DNA of 64,000 bases. Source: Raillietiella orientalis (lineage: Eukaryota). Of the stretch, positions 1 to 13,121 are shown in pieces (position 1 is the first letter of the stretch; the number at the start of each line of letters is the position of its first letter). The notes under the pieces are model-generated. The model did no database searches. It saw only the letters and a list, made by a program, of their open reading frames with translations, and was not told the DNA's origin. Where the stretch lies: contig JAYWIR010000065.1 of assembly GCA_036172245.1 (NCBI GenBank), forward strand, positions 1-64,000, in the 5' to 3' direction. The position numbers and the translations under genes were made by a program.

Positions 1-909
1 TGGGTCCACGCGCGGGTCTACGTCATGTCCCAGTTCTCCAGTTCTGGGATCCATGCCTGGGAACACAAGCAGAAGGATGGAAACCCCACTGACTACGCGA
101 AGATGCTAAGGGTAAGAGCTCGGCGGCCTACTCTTGCGTGCAGCCGGGGAGCGAATGGGGGACAATATGGGGTGGAAAGGGGAGGGAAGCTGGACGCGTT
201 TCCATGGAGGTGTCGCTATGTCGTTACTACGGGCGGACAGCGGTGCAGTGATGGTCGGAGGGGCATTTGCAGGAGCACATCCGCGCTCCTTCCTACGACC
301 TTCTCCCCACCTTGCCAAATGGCGGTGTCGTGAGTAGCGAAAGATTCGCGAGGTTGCAAGAGATAATTCTTACCTTGCTCTGCTGCTGCTGCCGCCGCTG
401 CAGCCTTCGCTCGTGCCTTCCACACCAGTGCGAGAATCTTGCCGTGGGGATGGGGAGTCTTCGAGGATGAGGATGACCCCGCGAGGGAAAACCGGAGACT
501 CGGGGTGGATTCCTCAGATTCCTTGCTTACAAGTTGCAATGGAGGTTCGATGGCGAAACAGAGAAAGGTGATGCTCGAATGACGCACGGTTATTCAATGT
601 TCATGACCCTCTGAGAGCGAAGAGAGGTCATGGCCTTAGTGGTTGACGCACGCGAGAGCGATTGGTTGCCGCCTTCGGTTCATCGCCTCAAGCGTTGGGG
701 GTGGCTGTTCTGGGGTGCGTGGAACTAGCCGAGTTGAACGTATGGGAATTTTTTTTTTTTTTTCATCCTTTTTTTCAGGGAAGGAAGAGGGTTGACTTCA
801 GCTTCCACTAATGAGAATGCAGCGGCTATCTTTGCCGAGCGGAACTCGAAAGGAGGAGCATGTACCTCACAATTCTCGTCCTCCCTCTGTGGAAGCTAGC
901 CTCACACAT
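1..909 (-). CDS. Probable exons of an unidentified neighbouring gene that runs off the left edge
   Basis: Exon-like segment 374-525 (SKESEESTPSLRFSLAGSSSSSKTPHPHGKILALVWKARAKAAAAAAAAEQG) ends in a strong G|GTAAGA donor. This is phase-compatible with ttcccag|GC ATG GAT at 56, giving GMDPRTGELGHDVDPRVDP. A possible upstream exon 866-909 (MCEASFHRGRTRIV, AG|GTACAT) is also phase-compatible. No domain recognised. Confidence 0.4.
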
Positions 910-1499
910 CCCGAGAGCGTGGCAGAGACCACCCTTTTTCCACGAAGCAATGCTCGCACGGAAGCCAGAATGTGGTGAAGAAGTACGAGGAAGGCATTCG
1001 CAAACGTACTTGGTTTTTTCGCGCCTTTCCAGAACGTCGCCCAAACGGGAAAGTGAGGATATGGGGAGTCATTCGCTGCCGCCTCTCTACTCCCACTGCG
1101 ACTTGGGAGTGAAAGACGCTGGGTGAGCCCTTTCCTCGTTAGGCTTCGCCTGGATAAACTGGGAAACAGGGATTCTCCTTTGCGCTCCTCCCGTCCTGCT
1201 TCCGTTCTCCGTCATTTTGACGGTCTCCCTGCCCTCACTGATGTGACCGTTCCTTTCACGGGGAGCGCCGTCCCCTTTTCTCGTCCTCCGATCCCTTCGA
1301 GTGGTCCATGCTGCGTCACCACCCTCGTCATTAAAGCACTAAGGCGCCAACGCTCCTTCAGAACCTCTATCCCACCCCGTCCCCAGTTTGATTCTGAAGC
1401 AGGCTGCGATGGCGACGTCGTCGTTTCCCGAGACAACAGTGGCAGGTGGGACAACGCTTAAACGCAGGAAGCAATGCACGTAACGTAGGATGCTCCTCC

Positions 1500-2800
1500 A
1501 TCTCCCCTCAATCTGCCGCGGATTTCCTCCGCAATCTCTCCATCCACTCCGCCAGAGCACACGTGACTCGGGAATGCTCGCACCTTGTGCGTGCCGAATT
1601 CGGATGCGGCCGATGCAGTCAACCTTTCCGTGGCTTTCTCCCGCACCGTACCAGTTGAAAAGAGCGCGTATTTTTCCACGTTACCGTGGGAGCAGCACAC
1701 GTTGCCTTCCTTAAGCGCCATCAGATGCGCGGCGACGATTTCCCGCCTTCTCAGCGGCATGTTCTTCTTTTACCAGTTATACGACCTGAGGTCTAGCGGA
1801 AGGAAAGTCGCAAGGGAGAATGAAGATCGGGGGATACGCCAATCTCCTTCCTCTGCCGCCACCTTCTCGTGCGTTACGCCTCTCAGAGAACGGCGACCAC
1901 GAGCGACACCGCCGACGCGGACGCCGAGACGCGCGCTCCGGGCTCACGCGGCGGCGTTCCCGTTGCGCAAACACTCGCCCGTGCCTTTTTCCTTTTCTCG
2001 CCCTGCAGCACTCGCAGACTGAGTGCGGCGATGGCGGTGGATCCGAGCGTCGCCTGCCCTAACGAGGGAGGTTCTGCTGCCCCCACGCAGCAAGAAAGCG
2101 ACATCTCCTTTCTCTTCTTCCCTCTTGTTCTCAGGCCTTTGAATCCGAGAGACTTCCGCCGCTTTTTCTCGCGCGTCGCCGCCCGTGGAGACCCTTCTGC
2201 CGCCTCGTGTGCCTGCGGCGTCTTCGTCGCGACAACTTCCCTCTTCCGAAAAACGGTCCGTCCTCGCATCTGCGACTTCCGGCAACTCTCGGCACTCGCT
2301 TTCCGGGAGTGGGGATGCAGGAAAAAGGAGCGCAATTGGGATCGTGCGGGGTTTTCGTACCGGGAAGCGGCGAGAGCACGCTCGGAGCAGCGGAGACGAG
2401 AAGAACAGCAGCAACGCTACTCTGCGGACCAGGAGGGATGCGAATCGGCGCGAGGCTGGACGTTGGCCGCCTGCACCGCCGGAGGGACGGGCTCTCCCGC
2501 GCGCACGTGCCCCTGCGATGCTCCACGCGTCTTCCTTGCCGCGAGGCCTTCGCCGGCCTTCGGACTTCACCCCTTCATCCAATGAGGAAGCAGAGGTCTG
2601 CTCTCGATTTCGCCCGTGGGCTCCCTCGGTCTCGCCTGCCTGCCATTTCTCCCTGCCCCTACCTCCTGGAAACAACGAAGAGCGGAGTGGAGGGAGGAAA
2701 TAGAAAAAGCAACCCGTAGGCGCGGTCTCTGAGCGGATCCCTCTCGACCGTTGGCTACCGAGCTGTCCAATGAGCAACGGAAGCGGATGGGAACGCGCGC
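1500..2800. other. GC- and CpG-rich island, possibly the 5'/regulatory region of the left-edge gene
   Basis: Visibly higher GC and CpG density than its flanks. Long stop-poor ORFs occur in several overlapping frames with no recognisable protein. Confidence 0.4.
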
Positions 2801-5800
2801 GGATGGTGACCGATGGGAAAAATTGAACACAAGATCAGTAACATTTCCGCTTTTCGACACGGTCCACGGACTGTTTCTTAGGTATTATGCTTTGAAGGAA
2901 TGCGAGAATACGAAAGAGTCTGCAGATTTTGGTCTGCGTAGCAAACGAATTTCTGATGGCAGAGTTTCCTGGGGTCCATTTGTTTCCGAGACACGCCGAA
3001 CATGGAAACACATCTCCTGGAAAGGACAAATGCTTCTGAGAATTCAGTTCCCATTCACGTGTGATTTTCGTACCTTTCTTACACATAGCAACACTCAGAC
3101 GACTCGGCAGCTGTGAATAAGCTGAGTATGCAGAGTCATCTGAGTGTTGCTATGTGTGTGCTTGCGTAATGGTGTTGCGATGGGAAAATCAGATGCCTTT
3201 TTGTCTGTCGCGGAGTCCGATGTTAGGTTGACAAGCAGTGGTCAAATCAAGCCAGGACCGGTTATTGATGATTGCTTCTGAACGTTTTGACTGCGTTGGA
3301 ATTTTGAACGTGATTTGGGAAACGACGCGATGCGGAGTGTCATTTTTTTTCTTTTTTTTTCTCTGAACCTCCATCGTCCGTGTTGAGAAGACTGCCGTGC
3401 GGCACCGAGTCCGAAAGGGAAGGCGTGTTCTCTGTGAAGAAGCATGTCTTAGCCGCTCCGGCCATTCGGAGATTCCCCTCATCCGGCTGCTGCAGATGCA
3501 GTCCACTTTGCTTTTCAATAGGAGTGGAGCCGTTATGAAGGAACTCTACGGTTGCTAGCCAGCCCCAGCCGACCCAGCGTGTTGTCGGTGCAAAGGGAAC
3601 TTCGCCGGATGATAAGCTACTCGATGAGAATGCTTCATGCCAGAAAGGGTCCGTGTAGCGGCTGCAGAAAGGAAGTCAGTCATCCGCAATGATTCTTTGG
3701 ATCGCAGTCCGATCACTTGATGCATACGGATGCTACCGTGATGCAGCATCCATCCGTTTTGACTCTTTCAATTTAAGGCGGGCCACAACGTTGGCAGTGA
3801 GTGGTATCGCTACTCTCTCGGTGTCGAAACCCTCAAAGTTTTCCACCAGGGAATCCCACTGTGTCAAAGACTGAGATTTGCCATTGGGCAAGAGTTGAAT
3901 CCTAACGGTGGAAGGGCAGTCGACAGAACGAAAAGAGGCAATTCACAGTTGCCGAGAATGTCCTGACTCCTGCAAGAGTTCGATTCAGGAGAAAACATAG
4001 CTTTGCCTCTGCTCCGAAAGTGCACAAGTCTTCTGCATCTGATCAGTAAACTTGGAAGTAGCATTCTCCCAGAGATTCTCTCAAGAACCATTCAATCGAA
4101 ATAGGGAGTTTTGAAAGCCACAAACATGCATCATCCATTCTAAAGAACAAGAAACCAAGCGGTCCGACAAAACAAAACAGGGTCAAAAACGATGAGCAAT
4201 ATTCCCAGCAAACCTCCAAAAGTCCTTCCAACTTCCAGGACGGACAGGAAAGCATGCGCGACTGGACGTGCACTGATGCCACGCGATTGCGATAGACATC
4301 CGTGCTTCCTTCCCCTCTATCCAAAATTCAGAATTCCAAAAACGAGAAGCGGCTGTGAACGGGCGCTTCAGCTCAGCAAGCCACGAGAGAACATTTGCCA
4401 AGATCTTCAGTGCGGTTGCGACTCCTCTGCTTGAAAGGAACCCACGGGTGAGTGCGTGGTCCAGGGAATCCACGCAACGTCAAACGGATAAACGAATTCA
4501 TGGGCGTGTGGAGCTTTCACTTCCCATTCCGAGAGGGAGGAAGGGCAACTCAGTTGACATTGCCCGTTTCTGCAATTCCTGTCGTAGACCTTCGCAAGTA
4601 ACGGGCGTAACCACATTACGGAGGCCACAGCTGCAATGCACGCTTCACCAACATCTTCAACGACTATGCAAACTCGACTTTAGTAAATAACGGTTTCATG
4701 AATACATCCTCTCCAGTCAAAGAACATTGGGAGTCACAAGAAAAGAATCTTTTGTTGCTCGGAAATATAGTACTCCTGACAGCTCCTTAATGCGGCAAAT
4801 TCGAAGGTACTCCTGGAACTCTTAGAGTGCACTGAAGGGTGGTATTCTGAAAACGCTCTCCATCTCACATAAACACGAGGTTGCAAGGGAAATTAGAAGT
4901 AATGATCACAACCTTCCAAGCATTCTGCGAACAACATGATGCAAAAATGGAGGAATTTCCAAGGTAGTCTCCTGCAGTGGTCTCTCGATAGCTGCTGCAT
5001 CTGACTCTCACGAATCGAAAGACACATTCTCATGCAATTTCAATAAAAACCACGGTGGGTGATCCAAACCATGAAAAATCTTGCGCTGCGGTGATCCCTT
5101 GAGCGACTTGCATCTCTTCTTTTCACGTCGTCGCCTCCTCGATGCTGCTTAGGTTGTTCGAGGCTGCCATGCTCACGTAGAAAACGGTGTGCCATCCGAG
5201 TGTCTGCCAGCCGTCTCCTATCACTTCAGTCGGAATCTGCTGGAAGAGTGTTGCTGCAATTCATGTTCGCATCCGAGAGACTTCATTTCGAGATCACCAT
5301 GTTAGAAGAACATTTTACATAGTTTTCGTTTCTTAATTACATGTCACTTCCTCTGCACCTCATATTCGGTCCATTGGAAAGAGCCTGCACATGTAGAGAG
5401 AGGAGATTGAAATTCAAATGAGCTGCAGTGCACATAGTGAGGCAAAGAATGGATGCAAGGCAAATTTCTTCATGTACGGATAATTAGCCAAGTGAAAGGT
5501 TCAGAAGAGTTGTGAAGACATCGGGATTTGAAGCTTTCAAATCCAAGGTTTGCCAGGTGCATTGCTGTGTTGCCTTCCTACCGCAAAAAATGTGACACCA
5601 TTAAAGCGATAAGTAATGGTCAGTTGGTCAGTGAAGCAGTCGGGACGACGTGGCGCGTCACTCAGGTGAATGGAATTGCAAAAGAGGATTTCCTGGTAGA
5701 AGTGGTAATCTTAGGAAAAGGTGAATATCTCGAGATAATCACAAATGCGTTCAGCCTTCCTACGAAACCTCTCTCTGAAGTGCTAAAACTGATACCCCAT

Positions 5801-7033
5801 CAACAACCATCTCCGTTCCTGAGGATCGCCAATTTTCAACTTGACTTTCGATCTTCAAATGAGCTGTGAGGATGTAGCTGCTGCATCTTCGGTGTCGCGG
5901 CATTCGCATTCAGACAGCCGGAGAACTATTCCCGCAATCCAGGCCGCTGGTCGTCGATTTCGCTCGCCGTCTGTGGCTTGGATGAGGAGATGGTCATGTC
6001 GTAAGAAGCGGCAGTGGTGAACAGAAAGTGAGTAGGCAGTCGCTTGAATCTGTTGACATCGCATACTAAAGAGTGTTTTCAAGGAAATTGTTTTCTTTGG
6101 GAGTGGTGAATGCGCTTTTGGTTTCTGTTTTCGCTTCCTGAAATCACCAACACTCTTTCTTGAGAGAAACGTAAAGCTGCATACTTTTATTTCCCGTCAG
6201 ATGGAATTTCGTTCCCGGAAACGGTCTGCCGACTTGAACTGTCAAAGTACCCTGGTCGCTGGTTAAGAGGCTGCAAGAAATGCTGCTAACGTTCATGATG
6301 GAAGTTCATGAACGGAAACCACCATCTGCCTTTCACGCCAGAGGCAAAAATCATACATGCCAATCGCAGCATCAGATGGAATGTGGTGGAACAGAGTAAG
6401 AACCGCACGAAATGTGGTTGCCCACGAATGCCATTTGCAGCAGAAGACAGTGGTGGAACCCTTTCAAAAAGCATGGAGCTATGACTGAACGGGTCCAACA
6501 GCGAGCAAATCAAAACCTGATGATGACCATTTTCCAATTTCAGAGACCTTCTCAATAGCTCTTAGTGAGCAGAGAAGTGGAAGAAATGCTCTGTGAAGAA
6601 ATGCACCGTTCGTAACTGTGTCTGCCAATTCTTCTTACCACATATTGCAAAGTGAGGAATAGAAAGTGAAAAATTCTCCTTCATCTTGGCGAATTTTGAT
6701 CCTACCACTCCAAATTGCTTTCGCTTCTGTTTCGACGGGGAGAAAAAGTGAAAAGAGTTTCAAGCGCTAACAAGTGCAAGTTGTGCTGTTGTTGGAAATC
6801 AGCAAACCACTTGGGAAATTGGTTGCTATCTCTTATCAATCAATCATCCTTTTGCTTGCTCTACCACACCTTGAGCGATCTGATTCATGGACTTTTCCGA
6901 AGCTCACCATTCCAACAGCTGCGAAGCAGATAACCACTGCCATCAGAGAAGAAAACAAAAACACTTGCATTCCCATTCTTCCTTTTGGTCCCGCATTGCA
7001 GCTCTGCTTGCCATGTTGTCCTTGTCGCTTGGC

Positions 7034-7659
7034 ATTTCGGACGAGAGCTCCTTTCAGTGATTCAATTAAATCGAATACGTCCAGAATTCCTGTTCTTTGC
7101 AAGAGCATGTAGGGCGAATCGCTGAAGAGATGCGTGGTATCTGCGAGTACCGAATAGGTTCGGAAGTGTTTGCCGTTTCGTGCTCTTTAAAGGATGTCAT
7201 GGGTTTCCTTTTCCGCGGTTCCAAATAACGCTTTTGCGTATTTGTGAAAAGTGCTGCATGTTCCTTGCAAGTAAAGGGACACATCGAAGCTTCGAGAATT
7301 GTAAGACCCACTTCTGCACATACCCGAATTGGGTATGTCTTCGTAAAAGTCTTTCGTTACAGGGCCCTGCAATGTAATTCCTTCAATTGGGAGCGTAAGA
7401 GTGATTCGTTCCCGATAAGGATTCGTCACCACACTGTGTGAACTGCATACGATTCAGTTTCCCGTTGCCAGTTATATTGGAATCGCAGCAGAACTCGTAG
7501 ATGTTGCACTCTAGGAGCGAACCGTTGACATGTGCAGCACTTGCAAGAAAGAAGAATAAATGGGACGCTGGATCTAGACCATAAAAATCTCGCAGAGGGA
7601 TTTCGGACGAGGGCTGTTTCGAGCTATTCAGTTCAATCGGATACGTCCAGAATTCCTGT
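7034..7659. repeat. Two copies of a 60-nt direct repeat (7034-7093 and 7600-7659), 50/60 identical, ungapped
   Basis: atttcggacgagagctcctttcagtgattcaattaaatcgaatacgtccagaattcctgt versus atttcggacgagggctgtttcgagctattcagttcaatcggatacgtccagaattcctgt. Confidence 0.85.
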
Positions 7660-7710
7660 CCTAATTTGCATTGCAAATAAGAAGAAAATAACGCGAATAT
7701 GGACGAATGA

Positions 7711-7716
7711 TTTATT
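7711..7716 (-). terminator. Candidate polyadenylation signal AATAAA of cubilin
   Basis: TTTATT on the plus strand is AATAAA on the minus strand, about 200 nt downstream of the stop codon. Confidence 0.6.
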
Positions 7717-7912
7717 GCTTCAGTGGATCATCACACTTGTTCGGTCGCTCTTGGAAGAGTCTGCACGATTAGGGGACCTTGAAGCATTTTTCGGGAGAGG
7801 TCGCAGTACTCGTCGATTGCTGGCATTCGAGACATGCTAATTAAGAGTCGATGGGCGTGCCTGCCTGTGGGATAAGTGTGGAACATCTTCCTCGTTTCCA
7901 ATGGGAACGGTT

Positions 7913-10900
7913 CTATTTGGTGGTGCCTCTTAAGCGCACTGCTTGGAAGGACACTCTCCATCCTCGCCTGCGGTTTGAAGCGGAACGCGAGTAGGTCAAT
8001 AGAATCGAATGGTGACCCAGATATCCTGCAGGAACCACCTGAAATGCAAATTTTTCCAAGGTGGGACCAGAAGTGAGGTCCGAGTCTTACGTCTCCGCAC
8101 CATCTTCGTAGAAGATCTTCTTCGCCGACCTTCCGCAGCTCAACGTAGTTTTCAGAGCAGTCTCCTTCGATGGAGAAATCTGAAATGAAGACGGGTTGGC
8201 TGGAGCAGCGATTGCTTTCGATGCGTATTTTGTTGGAAAGCGATTTCGTTCCTCACCGGTCCCTAAAGTGGCCTAAAGTGTCCTGTTGGGTAATTCCGTA
8301 GGCGTCTTTGCATCGCGGAGCCTTACATGTATGCAACCGTCCTCCAATGCAATCCCTGCACAGATCTGCACCCGCAAATACCGGAATTCTTCTTCGGCCC
8401 GGAATTCACGCACGCAAAGTGCCTCTCTTTGTCTTTATGGAGTCAACCAAATGCTCTGACAGTGTGCACAGCAAAGCGACGTTCCGTTGCGCAACGCGTC
8501 CGAATTCACGTGGGCGAAGTGTTTCCTTGAGGATTCCCAGACGCTGGGCATTTCCTGCGATGCGAGTTGCGGAGTTTTGTGTGGGTCAAAGCCACTTCCC
8601 ATTTTGGGGCACAGCAATCGAGGCGTAGGGCAGCAATAGGAAAGCGGTCGAGGATTCCGCATGCAACAACGCTGGCAGCGCTTAAGATTGCAGCAGTGCA
8701 AACGCCCCCACCTGGGCCAAAGTTGCTCATGCAAGGTAACTTTTTTGTTTTATGTGATATCCGAAAAGAAGATGTTGAAGATTGAGGGAAAGCCGATGAG
8801 CGGCGTAAGGAAAGAAAGAAAGAACGAGAACTTGACGTGGTTGCGGGGAGGGTGATGGCATGGAAAAATCGGGAGGTTTCGGGGTCGCAAATGGATGCGT
8901 TTGCATGGAATCGCCATCGCCAAGGTGCTGTTCGTCTTCGAGAAGCAATCGATATGGCGCAGCCGCGTCCTTCATCTGCGTCACGAAGAAATGAAAATCT
9001 TACCGGTGAAATTGAGCTTGAGATACACAGAAGAAGACGTGTAAACTTCCCAGGAACAGCTGATTGATGTGTTCTGCACGTCCGGGTATCCTGGACTCGT
9101 GAAGCTTCCTCTCGTTTGGTAGAACTGTCCCCCGCAACCCCTTCCTCGATCGGTGGATGTATAAGAGATATCGTATCCTTTCGACCTTCTTCTGGTGGCT
9201 TTGAAAAATAAAAACACGTGATTGCCATTGGAATACAGCGAGCGAGGTAAGAGCGGTCCACAGAGATTTCCCAGCAGGGGAAACGAAGAGTTCGCTCCGT
9301 CGTAGATCTAAGGTACAAGCCTGATCGTCTGAGTGCGCTCATCTTTCCTTACTTTCAGGGAATCCGCTGTGCATCCGACGCTAGGCATGATGTTGAAGTT
9401 GTTAAAGTACAGAGAAATCGTGCTTCCTGGAGCTACGGAGATTAATGTTTGGCATGTGGTAGGCAAACGGAACATCATCGGATAATTGGGAGAGGACACC
9501 AGGCCATGCGGCTCCTCGAAAGTGCGGTTGCACGCTTCGATAGGAAATGCAGTTTCAGACAATTCGCTATGCATCCCGACAGGAAATCAGACGGTCCTTC
9601 GATCGCGGAATTCGAAGCACACCGAGCAAAATGCGAAGCTTTTCGATGCGCGCACGAACGCGTTGGTGATGCTAATAAATAAACGGTGCGACACGACCTT
9701 TCGCATCGGCGCTCAACAGGTTGGAAGCAGAACGCTTCACCTCGCAATGCTGCGGATGCTGCCATCTTGCAACGATGCTATTCGAAAGGGAGGATCTGTT
9801 CGCACAAGAGAGGACGAAGAACCTTCCCGCGAGTTTGCACTCCGAGGCAAAGCATTCGCGTTAACGAACGTTTTTGCTGAAATTGGCAAATGCACAGACC
9901 GACAGTTGGAAATTGAGTTTGACATAAGGCGCTTTTCAGTTCAGAGCTTTCGTTGCTTGCAAGCTCTTCGTTGTTCTTGTCCTGCAGGAAAACGGTTCGT
10001 TCTCGTGTGCGTTGTAAGAGGATGCGGTCTGAGCCGAGATTGCCGCTAGCGATGCTTCGCTGCGGTAACCGAGCCGAAAGGGAGCGGACGCCCGATGCAG
10101 CTGCAGGCATGCGTGGAGCAACAGCTTAAAATGGCGAAAGTCGGAATGCGCGGAGGAGAGGGTGATGCGCCAGCGATTGCTGTCAACCGGCGACTGCTGC
10201 TGTGACTGACTCCCATAGCCAAGCAGAAAAGCAGTCGGACCGCAATGGAAAAGTGCAAAATGCCGAGGAGAAATCTGAAAAGGCAGCTGCCTCTGCGAGT
10301 TCGCGAATGGAAAATGCAAACAGAGTGTTCGCGTAATCTTCTGAGCTTCGAATTTGAGCTGCCTTGCTTTTTCCAGGCCTCTCCGTTTGCAACGCGGAAG
10401 TTGTGGTCAAGTGCTAGTCTCAGGAGTTCGCGTCTACGCGTGGGTCACTAGAAGAGACCTCATTTTGCCAGCAGTAGCATTCAGCGACGGAGGAAGAACT
10501 GGTATACTTGCGATGCTGTATAGCAGTCGGAATCCCTTGGCTTGCACATCGTTGTCACTCACGAACACGATCATGACGAGTCTGGTGAAAGAGTAATGGT
10601 CATGAGGCTTCATCGCGCCACAGTGCTCAATGTATCTTGTGCGTTTGTCCTTCGAAACAGAAGCAGAGAGAGAGGCGATCCAGGGCGGGAACGAACGTCC
10701 CCCCACTTACCACGCTTCTGATTTCCGGGTTGTAGAGAGAAGACAAACTGAAGTATTCCTAGGGAGGAGGTGTGGAATGCGTGCAGAAAAAGACATGGCG
10801 CTCACCTCGCTTATGTCTCTCAGTTCCACCTTATCTTTCGAACACGACGTGCTGTTCTCCAGGTCAAAGTCCTCGAATTTCAGGTGGATCGTTTGTCCAT

Positions 10901-13121
10901 CTGGCGCTTCGAGTATCCACATACATCTCGTGTTTGGGAAGTAGTTTCCAGGATGTGAAGGTGAGTCGAGAATCTGAGGTTGAGTTGTGACCAGCAAGTG
11001 TTCAAAGGAACCGCAGATTGCTGGAACCACAGGTTGGTCAACACCGCATCATGTGGCGAAGAAAAGCAGAGGAAGAGCAAGACCGGGAAGGTGAAAGCGT
11101 GTCGCGCTGCATGGGGAAGCGTGAGGCACTCGTTCAGTCTGCAAGCGGTCGTTTGAATTCGAAACAAACAGACACCCATATCGGGAGGAGTGGCAGTGTA
11201 CTTGCAAAGTTGACTAGCAGTGAGGCAGGAGAAGTGCACGGAAGGAAACGGAAAGGCTCGCTGTGCTGCCAAAACGAACGACAAGGAAGGGGGGGAGCTT
11301 TGGTGCGTCGAGTGGAGTTTCTCGCGGAAGCGCAAGACATGAAGCAAACGTCAACATGCTCAAGTGAGGCCACTGCGTGAGCTTTGCAAGGGATCGGTTT
11401 GCACGTTGGGCCGTATGTGGTCCGAATGTCCGTCAGCATCCAGGTTTTCTTCGATCGAGTGGGCAGATGCTGAGGAATCTTAGTTGAAATGCTTATTCAA
11501 ATCGAGCAACAGTCGGTACGGACTCGCCATGAGGTGAAGACGCTCACCGAGGACATGAAGGGCAAGTCCGCCTTTCTCCATCGTGATTCGGATCCTGCAG
11601 CGGAAAGTAGGACATCCGCGTGCCTTGATCGCGCAACCTCTTTCTTTTCAGAGGAATTGCAAGGGGGCGTTTTTGAATTGCGTGGTGTACTTTACACCAA
11701 CGGTCGGAAACGAAAAAATGGGAAACCGTCTGTAAGGATAGAGGAGAAATAGTGAGCGAGACGCGTGTTGGTGCCGGCCCAATGCGAATTCGGAGTCTTC
11801 AAGGGAGGTCGCGAAGGAAGAGAATAAGGTCACGAAAGTTACCTTTACGGATGAAACTTACGTGCTACGGGCTTGATGGTAGCTTCGAAGCCTAACCCTT
11901 CGTTGTCATAGTCACTTCTGAATCTCGCTGTTAGTATAAACGAAGACGTGCTGACAATTCCGGGAGCTTTGTCGCCACAGAAGCGAGCGATTGGGGTGAT
12001 TTGTCTATCCAGTCCATCCCATATCTTGAGCGCATTCGGGAACGTTGCATTTGCAGTTTGATTCCTTACCTCCAGGGCATCGTACGAGCAGCTGTTATGC
12101 CGGTCATCTACTTCTATATCCATTTTGCGGATGTTCATTTCCAGCGCTTTCCTCTCGGGGCTATGGAAAACCCAAACGCAGTCCAGGTCAGGCTCGTATT
12201 TCCCATCGTTGTTTACATCCAGAGATTGAAAAGTCATGACCTGAGTGACGTTGAAGATTCCACCGCAACCGTGCTGCGGCCCTGAGCACTTTCCGGTACG
12301 CTCACTTGTTCTTTCCTTTTCCTTACCGTAGGTAAAATGAAAATGAGCAATGAATCCCTTTTTGCTGACCGTCGCATCGGTTACGAACGTGATGGTCATT
12401 TTGTTGCCTGAAGACTTGAGACTGGGAAGAGGAGGGTTAAGGGTTCCGCAGAACGTCCCCATCAGCGTTTCCGGATTCACGTGATCACCATCGTACAGCG
12501 AAACGAAATCGAAACGGCAGTGATTGGCCTCGAGGTCCAGCTCTTGAAATTCCAGCCGCACCGTGCGATTCTCAGGAGCCGCTAAAACCCACGTGCAGTT
12601 GAAGTTGTGCAGATACACGTCAGGATGCGTGGGGCTGTGCAGCATTCCTGGTTTCGTGAGCATCCCGCCGCATTCTTGAAAACCATGAAATCGGAAATAG
12701 CTCAGACAGTCCACAGACTCCTTATGTAGTAGTGCGCCGAGAATCCCTTCCCCGATAGCGATTGATCCGTGTGGAAGTCGAGCACCATGCGGCTCCTCGC
12801 AGACAGAGGGGATGGAGCCGTTTTGTCGCACCAGGTTCCCAGATAGGTTTCGCTTTTATTCCCGCTGCTCACTGTCAGACGATCGTAGTGATTGCACATG
12901 CCGAAACCTAAAACCCGAAACGCTTCTGCTTTCCGTCCTCTCCTTCGCCCACCTGCTAAATCGAACACTTCGGAGAATTCCACCACGATGAAGTCACTGT
13001 GCGGAGCCACGATGACGTACTGGCAATCTAAATTGTTTGGATAACTTGTCGGGAATCCAGGGGAGGAAAAGCTTCCCGACTCTTCGACAAAGGTTCTCCC
13101 GCACTTCCAGGACCACAAAAG
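7913..13121 (-). CDS. CUBN: Cubilin CUB22-27 and stop codon (12 exons)
   Basis: Domain starts [48 protein letters not shown]. The protein ends ...[18 protein letters not shown] with no transmembrane segment, as expected for a peripheral cubilin. Confidence 0.93.

Noticed and set aside
748..778. Poly-T tract ending in tttcag on the plus strand (strong acceptor-like site)
   Set aside because: No convincing plus-strand coding exon follows, so I treated it as low-complexity sequence.
1585..2777. Several overlapping 130-277 aa ORFs
   Set aside because: Open in many frames on both strands because of high GC. Arg/Ala/Ser-rich with no domain.
7600..7659. Hammerhead ribozyme reading of the 60-nt repeat (CTGA...GAAA on the minus strand)
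   Set aside because: The core CUGANGA is absent and the motif is not conserved in the second copy.
8506..9342. 278-aa ORF, and likewise the 372-aa (14225-15343) and 421-aa (36940-38205) ORFs, as stand-alone genes
   Set aside because: They are off-frame shadows or mosaics of cubilin exons and read-through introns.
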